Under the pieces are notes generated by a model. The model was given only the letters and a program-made list of their open reading frames with translations. It was not told the origin of the DNA and ran no database searches. Shown in pieces: positions 53,099-61,774 of a DNA stretch of 64,000 bases; positions within the stretch are counted from its first letter, which is position 1; every line of letters begins with the position of its first letter. The stretch lies in the NCBI GenBank assembly GCA_918797485.1, contig CAKKNE010000003.1, positions 248,001 through 312,000 of the forward strand, given 5' to 3'. Source of the DNA: Pelagomonas calceolata (Eukaryota). The translations under genes were made by a program, and so were the position numbers.

Positions 53099-53292
53099 TG
53101 CCGCTGCCGGAACCCCGCCTGCCTTCTCTGGGGGAGTAACTGACTTCATGGCACAAACGTCGCGCCGGCGACAGCATATTGTGGCGCCTAGAGTGGCGCC
53201 AAGGTGGTGGTGGGGTGGATCGGTCGCCCGCGGTGTTTTGGGAGTGGCATCAAGCGAACCGGCCAAGGGTAAGTACATTTAACTTGTGCTTA

Positions 53293-54897
53293 TCAACCCT
53301 CGTCCTCGGAGTACAACTCCTCCTCCTCCTCGGCGTCGTCGGAGTACTCGTCGCCCTCGGACGAGGCGGCGGGCTCCGGAGGAGACGAGGCGGCGGGCTC
53401 CGGCTGAGGCGCCGGGGCCGGCGGCTTCGACGCGAGGGAACCCCTAGACGAGAGCGGCGACCGGATGCGGTAGACCGCGGCCGACGTCGACGGCCGCCGC
53501 GCGGCCTCGGCCTCGGCACGTTTCATGGAAGCGGCGGTGCGCAGCCGCCTTCGTTCATTCCTCGAAGATGACAGGCGCTTCGCTACCGGCGACTGCCAGA
53601 CCTTCCAGTCAGGAGGTTTCGGTAGTTTGCGGATGCTCCGCGGCATATTGTCCGGCACCTCGACCGGCGACCGGAGCTTCGGGGGCGACGTCGCCGGTCG
53701 CAAGTGAACGTTGAACGTCCGCATCGACTCGTCGACGGTCGACGGCCGGTTCGGGCATTTCGGAGAGTACTCGCCCGGGCAGCCGCTCGCGCCCTTGAGC
53801 CGTCCCGCGACCTTCATCGCTTCATGAAGAGCGGGTCTTTCTTGTCTTCCAAATTGGCGCTGCCGTATTTTCGTCTTCCGGCCGACGGGCCGTTTTTTGA
53901 CAGGTGGCCAATGCTTCGTTTGCCGCGGCCACCACCTCCGTTCGAAATCATCTTCATAGTCATTATCGAGGTCTCTCTCGGCAGGTACGGACCCGTCCTT
54001 CCTCCTCCTCAGAGGTTTATTCTCCGTCAGTAATTTATGAAGGGCCTTGTTCTCGAAGACCGGTCTCGGGGTTTTTCTAGGTACGCCCTGCTTCGGGAGA
54101 CAGTCTCTGGGAATAGCGTTGCCGAAGGCCGGCCTTTGTTTGGCACCTGGTGTACCTGCCCTCCACCTCTCGCAATCCCTGGCGACCGTCGCCCTCTCAG
54201 AATCCTGGAAGTGGTCGTGGGATGCAACAGCATCCTTCAAGAATGAGACACGCTTGCCCTTGCCTATTTTACAACCGATCGTCGCGTTCGCGCCCGTCAG
54301 GTTCGTCCGCACCGCGAACTTTGCGGGATGATCGTACTTGCCAAATAACCGATCTTCTTGATCTTTGCGGAATCGTATAGAACGATCGCGGGCCCATCCT
54401 GACTTGCTTGAGGTCTGCCGTTCCGCTTTCTTCGGCAGAGCATAAGTGGGTTCCTTCGAGGACAGTTCTACTACCACAGAACCAACAGTCGCGTTGGGCC
54501 AGCACTTCTCGCCGAGGGCCCTCAGCGTCTTCTGTAGAGTTTTGGAATCGCGCGGCGGCTTCTTGTCCATGAAAGACGGGCGGGCCACGGGGAAGCCCCG
54601 CCCATCTTCGTACCGTTCCGGTCCGGGGTTCACGCCGCACCAGCTCGGGTGGCCGGGGTCGAAGGAACATCGCGCGCCGCCGCCGCCGATGCTTCTTAGG
54701 TAGGACGCGTAGTCCTCCCTCGTAGAATTGCCAAAAGTTGTTGCGGCCCGCGTGCCTCGCTGTCGGCGGTACGGGCCCGGCACGTCGTCGAACTGGCTCT
54801 CGATCGAGTAGTCTGCACTCGAGGGGTAGGCGTAGGGCAGCGTGAAGGTCGAGTCCGTGACGAGGCGGCCCGTGCTTTCTCGAGAGGGTGCTGCCAT
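53293..54897 (-). CDS. Hypothetical basic low-complexity protein
   Basis: 534-aa ORF with an acidic tail and PGP-Y-like motifs. No domain recognised. Confidence 0.6.
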   Translation of the reverse strand: MAAPSRESTGRLVTDSTFTLPYAYPSSADYSIESQFDDVPGPYRRQRGTRAATTFGNSTREDYASYLRSIGGGGARCSFDPGHPSWCGVNPGPERYEDGRGFPVARPSFMDKKPPRDSKTLQKTLRALGEKCWPNATVGSVVVELSSKEPTYALPKKAERQTSSKSGWARDRSIRFRKDQEDRLFGKYDHPAKFAVRTNLTGANATIGCKIGKGKRVSFLKDAVASHDHFQDSERATVARDCERWRAGTPGAKQRPAFGNAIPRDCLPKQGVPRKTPRPVFENKALHKLLTENKPLRRRKDGSVPAERDLDNDYEDDFERRWWPRQTKHWPPVKKRPVGRKTKIRQRQFGRQERPALHEAMKVAGRLKGASGCPGEYSPKCPNRPSTVDESMRTFNVHLRPATSPPKLRSPVEVPDNMPRSIRKLPKPPDWKVWQSPVAKRLSSSRNERRRLRTAASMKRAEAEAARRPSTSAAVYRIRSPLSSRGSLASKPPAPAPQPEPAASSPPEPAASSEGDEYSDDAEEEEELYSEDEG

Positions 54898-55401
54898 GGT
54901 CCTGCCTCTTCGCGCCGCCGGCGTCTCGCGGTCGCACTGCCTGCACGGTCGGTCCGGGCTGCCTAGTCGCTCTCAAGCTGGTCCGGGCAGCCGAAAGCTT
55001 GCCGTCCGCGGCGCGGTGCTCTCGTCTTTGTCGAGCGCTGCACAGGTGAGTCGGGCAACGAGGGCTAGTGGCCCTTGCCGCCCGGACGGCTCGCGAGCGG
55101 TCCTGTGGAGTACGTTTCACTATGAAATTCGCGATAGTTCCTTCTCAAAAACCCGCGACTCTAACTCACTCTTGGAGTGAGGCGGTGGCAAAGCGCCGCA
55201 TACGAGCGAGCGAGCAGCAAGTGGAGCTGTGAGCCGCGTCGCAGATACTGCGACTACGTCCTGCAAAAAGAAGAGGATCGCTGGGGCACCTCACGCCGAC
55301 CTAGAGTGCATCAAGCAGCAGTGCAGCACATCAAGTGATCGATAAGTGGTGCACAGAACGACAACGGCACGCCAGCCGACGCGCACCAAAGCATTTAAAA
55401 A

Positions 55402-56349
55402 ATGCTGCACCTCATCCGCCGGGCGCCGCGCCGCGCCGTGCGAGGCTTTCGCGTGCACCGCGCGGAGCCCGGGTTCCTGGCCGCGACTGCTGCCTTCGGC
55501 CCACTTGCGGAAGAGACAAAACCGCTGACATATTATAGTGCATGGTTCTGCCCCTTCGCGCACCGCGCGACCCTGGCGCTCGCGCATCACGCGGACGTCG
55601 TGCCGTACGCCTGGGAGGAGGCTTTGGGCTGGGAGCAGCGGCCGCCGACGGGCGACGAGGATTTGGACGCGGACGACCGCGAGGACTTCTGGTACCACTA
55701 CAAGAGCCCTGGTTTACTGGAAGCGAATCCCTTGGGCATGGTCCCGACGCTCGTCGACGAAGACGGCCGCGTCGTCACGGAGTCGGCGGTCTGCGTGCAA
55801 TTTGTCGACGAGCTGGCGCGGGTCCGCGGCGGTAGTGCCCCACCGCTCGTGGACGCGGACCCGTTCGTCGCCGCGCGGAGCCGGTGCGCCGCGGACAAGG
55901 TGAATCGGACGGTGTGCTCCGGCTACTACCGCGTTTTGGTGCGGACAGAAGACGAGGAAAGGAAGGAGGGCTTCGCGCAGATCCTGGATGGATTGAATGC
56001 GTTCTTCGACGACGACGACGCGAGTGATTTGAACGGGCCGTTCTGGGGAGGGAGGGCGTCGCCAGGTTTACCTGATTTAGTACTGTTCCCCTACGCGTAC
56101 CGACTGTACGTCCTGGAGCACTACCGCGGGCCGGACTTCGCCGTGCCAGCGGACTTTGAAAGGTACCGGCGCTGGTACGACGCGATGGTCGCACTCGACG
56201 CCGTCGCGCGCACGCTCCCCGACAAAGATCGGTATTTGGCTCACGTCGCGAAATACGCGCACGGCAAGGCGCGTTCCAAGGTCGGCAACGCGGTGCGCAG
56301 AGGGGCGGCGGCGCACGACTACGACGACGACGTGGACGGGGACAAGTAA
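55402..56349 (+). CDS. Glutathione transferase, omega-like (Cys active site)
   Basis: YSAWFCPFAHR, NPLGMVPTL, TESAVCVQFVDE, PDLVLFPYAYR. Confidence 0.88.
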   Translation: MLHLIRRAPRRAVRGFRVHRAEPGFLAATAAFGPLAEETKPLTYYSAWFCPFAHRATLALAHHADVVPYAWEEALGWEQRPPTGDEDLDADDREDFWYHYKSPGLLEANPLGMVPTLVDEDGRVVTESAVCVQFVDELARVRGGSAPPLVDADPFVAARSRCAADKVNRTVCSGYYRVLVRTEDEERKEGFAQILDGLNAFFDDDDASDLNGPFWGGRASPGLPDLVLFPYAYRLYVLEHYRGPDFAVPADFERYRRWYDAMVALDAVARTLPDKDRYLAHVAKYAHGKARSKVGNAVRRGAAAHDYDDDVDGDK

Positions 56350-56394
56350 ATGTGAACTTGAAACTTTGACTTCGTCACTATCCTCTTACCCAGA

Positions 56395-56883
56395 CTACTT
56401 CATATCGGCTTGAAGAGTCTTCGCGATGTCCTTCTGCATGTCCTGCATGATGGCCTTCATCTTCACCAGGGCCTCGCCCTGCGCCTGCTTCGCCGCGTCG
56501 ACGACGCCCTGGGCGACCTTGTCGGCGCCCTCGCCGAGCGCCGCGTCCGTTACTTCTACCGAGGACGGCTGGCCCTGGCCGTCGTAGACGACCTTGACCT
56601 TGCCGCCGAGCGCCGAGCCCTCGACGCGGGTCTCCTGCATCTTCTGGGCCATCTTCTGGCGGAACTCCATGGCGAGCTTCATCTCCTCCTCCGTGATGTC
56701 CCCCAGGCCGGGCACGGACATGGTCTGGCCGCCCTGCCCCGGCGGCGGCGACGCGGGCGTGTCCTCCTCGGGCGGCGCGCCGCCGAACAAGTTTCGTTGT
56801 GTTGGTGCGCGCGCGACGCGCGTCGTCGCCGGTCGCAGCGCCATGGCGCTCGCCGCGAGTACTGCGAGCGCTAGCCGAGCCAT
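56395..56883 (-). CDS. YbaB/EbfC family protein, plastid-targeted
   Basis: Signal plus transit peptide MARLALAVLAASAMALRP. VEGSALGGKVKVVYDGQGQPSSVEV. Confidence 0.82.
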   Translation of the reverse strand: MARLALAVLAASAMALRPATTRVARAPTQRNLFGGAPPEEDTPASPPPGQGGQTMSVPGLGDITEEEMKLAMEFRQKMAQKMQETRVEGSALGGKVKVVYDGQGQPSSVEVTDAALGEGADKVAQGVVDAAKQAQGEALVKMKAIMQDMQKDIAKTLQADMK

Positions 56884-57360
56884 CCTCGAGGTGCTGCAGT
56901 GCGTGCTCTCCCTGAGCGGCAAGCCGAGGTCAGCGAGCCGTCTCGCTCTTTTGCAATGTGCAAAACTGCAGCGGTGCTAGCAAGTGAACACGCGTGTATC
57001 TCGAGCAGGGCGCCACTCAGCAGCGCTCTCAAAACTCGAGCCTCCACAGCCTCAAGGCTGAGATGCTAGTGCGTCAAAACACTAGCATCAAACCTCTTTC
57101 ACGGCGTGCAGCGCGTTGAATACGACTGAAGAACGAGTGTAACTCGTGCTCGCGGATGCTAGTCCTCGCACAAAAATTGCTGCAGGCCCTTTGCCATTGA
57201 GTGCTTTCCATCGCAGAGCTGCAACCCCAGTAACGCAGGGCTGGGTTTAAGCACGCGAGGGGACGCTCCAAGTGCTCGCAAAACCACACCTTGAAGCGCA
57301 GCGCTTGCCGTTACGTACCCACTGCTCCCCAAGTAGTCCAGTGCAGTGCAGTGCAGCAAG

Positions 57361-59592
57361 ATGCTGGCGACACGCCTCGGCCGCGCCCCGCGCGCGCTGG
57401 CGCGGCGCCACTTATCATCCAACGACCTCAAGTTTTTCGCGGGAGTGCCAGAAGTAACAAAAGAAGGCGTCGCGATTATCCGCCTCGACAACAAGAGCCA
57501 AAAGATGAACACGCTGAGCCCGGCCCTGCAGGACGAGGCCAAGATGCTGTGGAAGGAGCTGACGTCGAAGCACGACGTCAAGGCTGCAGTTTTCATCAGC
57601 AACAAGCCGGACAACTTCATCGCCGGGGCCGACATTGGGATGCTCGCCGCGAAGAAGAAGGCAGGGGAAGAGGACTCGTTGCGGGCCGTCTGCTTGTCAG
57701 GACACGCCATGTTCGACGAATTGAAGGGTTCAGGAGTGCCCTTCGTCGCGGCGATCCATGGTGCTTGCCTCGGCGGCGGTCTCGAGTGGGCGATGAAGTG
57801 CGATTCCAGAATCGCGTCGACGTCGCCGAAGACGAAGCTAGGCTTACCGGAAGTCAAGCTCGGATTATTACCGGGCTGGGGCGGCACGTACGCCTTACCC
57901 AAGCTCGTGGGCCTCACGGAAGCATTGCCGATGATCCTGCAGGGTAAAGAAGTGAGACCGGATAAAGCGAAGAAGATCGGGCTCGTTGATGCTGTTTGTG
58001 ATCCCGCCGCGCTCGAAGCTCTAGCGGTACAAACCGCAGTACAACTTTCGCAAGGTAAAAAAAAACAAAAGAAGAAGTCGTGGAAGCGCTGGGCCACCGA
58101 AGATATCAGTTTCGGGCGCGATTTCGTGTTCAAGAAGGCTAAGGAGACCGTCGACAAGACGACGCGTGGTAAGTATCCCGCGGCCTATGAAATCCTAAGT
58201 TGTGTGGAGAACGGCCTCGGGAAGCCGCCTTCGGACGCCTTCGCGTTCGAGGCCGACGCCTTCGTGAGGCTCGCGAAAACAAGTGAGTCGTCGGCGCTGA
58301 TCGGGCTGTTCGACGGCATCACGGCCGCGAAGAAGAACCCCTACCCCTCTACCACAAAACCGTCGTCTGTGGCGGTGCTCGGCGCGGGCCTCATGGGCGC
58401 GGGCATCGCGCAAGTTAGTGCCGAGAAGGGCTTGGCTGTAGCTTTGAAGGACGTCTCGCCCGAGGGTTTGGCCAAGGGTGTCGCGTACGTGGCCGGGAAT
58501 CTCGACAAGAAGGTGAAAAGGCGAAGGATGGACGCCTTCAAGCGGAACACCATTGTGAGTAGCATTACGGGCTACCACGACAGCGACGGGGGCAACGCCG
58601 AGGCGTTCGCCAAGAAAGCTTCTCAGTTGGACGTCGTCATCGAGGCGGTGTTCGAGAACCTGGAGCTCAAACATAAAGTGTTTGGTACTGTTTCAGGCTT
58701 AGTTCGGGACGACTGCGTCTTGGCGACGAATACCTCGGCGATACCTATCGAAAAAGTGGCTGCGGGTATTGATAAGCCGGAACGCGTCCTGGGCATGCAC
58801 TACTTCAGCCCCGTGCCGTCGATGCAGCTGCTGGAGATCATCCCCCACGCCGGGACGAACGAGGAGTCCATGTCGAAAGCGTTTGGGGTAGGCATCAAGC
58901 AAGGGAAAACATGCATCGAAGTCGCCGACGTGCCTGGGTTTTACGTGAACCGAGCCCTCGCGCCGATGATGGCCGAGGTGGCACCCTTGTTTGAGGATGG
59001 GGTCACGCCCAAACAGTTAGATGAAGCTATACTGGATCTAGGCATGCCCGTCGGGCCGATAACATTGTTAGATGAGGTCGGTGCTGATGTTGGTTTACAT
59101 GTCCAGCATACCATGTTGGCTGATGCTACCATGGGTTCGAGGATGGCGGGCGCCAAACCGGAAATGTTGCAACACTTGGTAGATCAGAACTGGAAGGGCC
59201 GCAAGGACGGGAAAGGCTTCTTCGTCTACAAGGGCAAAAAGAAGGAACCCCATCAAGAAGTCCTGGACTACGTGGAGAAGTCCATCAAACAGAGAGATGC
59301 TGAATTAACAAAGGAGCAGATCCAGGACCGCTACTTGAGTCGCTTTGTCAACGAAGCTTTGATCTGCCTCCAGGAGGGCATCCTCAAGTCGCCTGCCGAT
59401 GGCGACTTGGGCGCCGTCTTCGGCACGGGCTTCCTGCCCTTCACGGGCGGGCCCTTCCGCATGATCGACGCCGTCGGCGCGCAGCTCTACGCGGACAAGC
59501 TGTCGCGCCTGGCCGACGAGCACGGCGACCACTTCGCGCCGGCCCAGCTTTTGCTTGACCACGCGAAGGCCGGGACGAAGTTCCACCCCTAG
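57361..59592 (+). CDS. HADHA: Mitochondrial trifunctional beta-oxidation enzyme alpha subunit (enoyl-CoA hydratase / 3-hydroxyacyl-CoA dehydrogenase)
   Basis: Arg-rich presequence. FIAGADI, CLGGGLE, LGLPEVKLGLLPGWGGT, VLGAGLMGAGIA, VIEAVFENL, GMHYFSPV. Confidence 0.93.
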   Translation: MLATRLGRAPRALARRHLSSNDLKFFAGVPEVTKEGVAIIRLDNKSQKMNTLSPALQDEAKMLWKELTSKHDVKAAVFISNKPDNFIAGADIGMLAAKKKAGEEDSLRAVCLSGHAMFDELKGSGVPFVAAIHGACLGGGLEWAMKCDSRIASTSPKTKLGLPEVKLGLLPGWGGTYALPKLVGLTEALPMILQGKEVRPDKAKKIGLVDAVCDPAALEALAVQTAVQLSQGKKKQKKKSWKRWATEDISFGRDFVFKKAKETVDKTTRGKYPAAYEILSCVENGLGKPPSDAFAFEADAFVRLAKTSESSALIGLFDGITAAKKNPYPSTTKPSSVAVLGAGLMGAGIAQVSAEKGLAVALKDVSPEGLAKGVAYVAGNLDKKVKRRRMDAFKRNTIVSSITGYHDSDGGNAEAFAKKASQLDVVIEAVFENLELKHKVFGTVSGLVRDDCVLATNTSAIPIEKVAAGIDKPERVLGMHYFSPVPSMQLLEIIPHAGTNEESMSKAFGVGIKQGKTCIEVADVPGFYVNRALAPMMAEVAPLFEDGVTPKQLDEAILDLGMPVGPITLLDEVGADVGLHVQHTMLADATMGSRMAGAKPEMLQHLVDQNWKGRKDGKGFFVYKGKKKEPHQEVLDYVEKSIKQRDAELTKEQIQDRYLSRFVNEALICLQEGILKSPADGDLGAVFGTGFLPFTGGPFRMIDAVGAQLYADKLSRLADEHGDHFAPAQLLLDHAKAGTKFHP

Positions 59593-59707
59593 TCGGTCGT
59601 GTGTAAATTTATTTCCAAGTACGCGGCCTCGGAGACTACTACACTTCCTTACACTGTCGAACGACGCCCTTCGGGGCGCCGCGGGGACCTCTGGACGGAC
59701 GCACCGT

Positions 59708-60216
59708 CTAGTAGCGGCCATTGCGGTACGTCGGCGCGTCGCCGAGCGAGTCTAGCCGTAGCTTCGTCGCGACCGGCATGCCGACGATGATGCCGAGGAC
59801 CGAGATGACGTAAAACGGCGGCCACACGAAGAGCTGCGCGAACGGGCCAGACTCGTCGAGGAGCTCCTGGGCCTCGGCCAGCGTGTCGAACGACGTGAGC
59901 ACCGTCGGCAGCTCGCTGATGCCCTCGACCATCTTGACTGGGGTCGTTCGTGCGAGCTGTCGCGCCGGGGGCCTGCGCGGGGTGGCGCGGGTGACAGCTC
60001 ATATTTCCCAAGTCGACTTTCGCGTCGTCGGTCGACTCAGCGTTCTCGATGAACGCCTCGGCGCGCTGGGCCTCGGTCGCGCGCGATGGGCCGCAAAAAG
60101 ATGGCCAAATCATTGCAGCCAGCTTTGACAGCAATTATCTCAACGTACACAGCGTCTCGCGCGAAGCCCAAAGCGGATGTAAGGAGCCCAGCGATCAGAG
60201 CGATGACAGCGCGCAT
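59708..60216 (-). CDS. Small plastid-targeted single-TM protein (106 aa); exons 60216-60161, 59972-59708
   Basis: Removing a 188-nt GC-AG intron (59973-60160) gives MRAVIALIAGLLTSALGFAPPARQLARTTPVKM..., an ASAFAP-type bipartite presequence, in frame with a TM-containing ORF. Confidence 0.65.
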
Positions 60217-60475
60217 GGTTTGTTGGATGGGTGAGTAGCCGCGTAGCACTGACGACGTGAGGCAGAGCCCAGGGCAGATTTTCATGTGGCATCAGATCCC
60301 GTACAGTGGCTCGAAAGCTCCCGAAGAGGCCCGTACAGGTAGGTTGGGAGCCGATGGGCGGCCGTGGTGCCGCTGGACCGGCCGGCGCCGACCCGCGGGG
60401 CCGCGGCGCCCCGAGGAGGACCCCACCCCTCGACGCCTAGTCGACGCGACGCCCCATAAATATAGCAAATAATAC

Positions 60476-61453
60476 TTAGGCCCACTTGCGCCGCTTCATG
60501 CGCCGCTCCTCCTCCTTCTGCTTGCGCTCGGTATGTCTAATCCACTTCTCGACGTCGTTCGTGTCGACCTCGAAGTCCTTCTTCTTGTGGAGGCGCTTGA
60601 CGACCTCTTTCGGCGATAATGCGGGGATGTGGACGATCTTATCTAACGATTCATCACCGTCGGTGATCTTGACCGCGTTCCTCTCTCGTTGGGGCACGTG
60701 TAATGCTCTTCTACAAAATGCTAGGAGTGCTTGGTTGCACCACCTATCCTCGATCGGTGCCCTTAATGCTACGAGCGCGGCATAGTCCTTGACATCTAAA
60801 ACCGCGTCTTCCTCCTGCGCTGGTTTTACTATCACACGTAGTAGGACACCGTCCCCAATAGGCTCGCAGATGGAGTCGCCTTCGGCCGCTTGGCATAACG
60901 CGTCGAAATCATCGTTCTTCGGCCCGACCGCGGGATCGTACAGTTTTGCGGGTTGGTCCTTGCCCGAAACTTCCGCGGGCTCCTCCCACTGCGACACGCC
61001 CGTCCTCTCGTTGTACCAGTACCGCACGCCACCGTTCGCGACGACGCGCCAGCCGTGCGCCGGCGTCGGTTCTACGGGTGCTACGGGGCCTCCTGCCGCT
61101 AACAAAGCCGCTTCTCTCCCCTTCTTCTCTTCCTCCACGCCATAGGCGACTTCACAGGGCAGCGGATCATCAAAAAACTCCGGCGGCGGCGACTTGGCGC
61201 CTTCATCCACATCATCTCCGGGCGGCGGTGGCTCGTCGTCGTTCTCGGCTCGCGCCGCCGCGGCTACTCTTGGTAGTACTAACGGCGGCGGCTCGGGCAT
61301 GGGTGCGGCTTGTTGTTGGGGGGGCATCATGGGCGGCGGGGCCATGCCGCCCATCGGCGGCGGGGCCATACCGCCCATCGGAGGGGGGGGCATGCCCATC
61401 TGTGGTGGGACGCCGGCCATCGGTGGTGGGACGCCCATGGGTGGCGCGTACAT
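60476..61453 (-). CDS. Pro/Met-rich WW-domain protein with C-terminal DUF167 (YggU/UPF0235)-like domain
   Basis: GWRVVANGGVRYWYNERTGVSQWEEP (WW). GVLLRVIVKPAQ...VALRAP...NQALLAF...VKITDG...DK (DUF167). Confidence 0.78.
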   Translation of the reverse strand: MYAPPMGVPPPMAGVPPQMGMPPPPMGGMAPPPMGGMAPPPMMPPQQQAAPMPEPPPLVLPRVAAAARAENDDEPPPPGDDVDEGAKSPPPEFFDDPLPCEVAYGVEEEKKGREAALLAAGGPVAPVEPTPAHGWRVVANGGVRYWYNERTGVSQWEEPAEVSGKDQPAKLYDPAVGPKNDDFDALCQAAEGDSICEPIGDGVLLRVIVKPAQEEDAVLDVKDYAALVALRAPIEDRWCNQALLAFCRRALHVPQRERNAVKITDGDESLDKIVHIPALSPKEVVKRLHKKKDFEVDTNDVEKWIRHTERKQKEEERRMKRRKWA

Positions 61454-61774
61454 GTTTGCAGCGTTCAGAGCTGTGCGAGGTCGTCTCCGCAGCTGTATGA
61501 TTACTACCGCCGTCTCGCCGTCGCGGCGCTCAGCGGCCAAAACTAGTGTGTCAACCCCGCTAGCCGTCCAAATTTGCGAGGTGCCTGAAAACGCCTACAG
61601 ACGGCGCTAGCAGGCGTGCACCGCTCACCTAATTTGTGTTTGTTTAACGCTACATGATCTGCGAGATCGCCTAGGCAGCTCGCGCGTCGTGAAACCTCGC
61701 ACCGCTTTGACACGCGGCCGAAACCCAGCAGCAGCCGAGAAGCATAGCTTGCGGACCGGCGCGGCTCACGCAGC

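Noticed and set aside
33563..59592. Functional redox/detox cluster (two GSTs, b5 reductase, MATE, 2OG oxygenase)
   Set aside because: The genes are scattered among unrelated housekeeping genes, with no evidence of co-regulation or a pathway.
59649..60134. ORF MIWPSFCGPSRATEAQ... as the real gene
   Set aside because: The spliced 60216-59708 model explains the signal peptide, FAP motif and TM exon better. This ORF's 5' part falls inside the inferred intron and the rest is out of frame.
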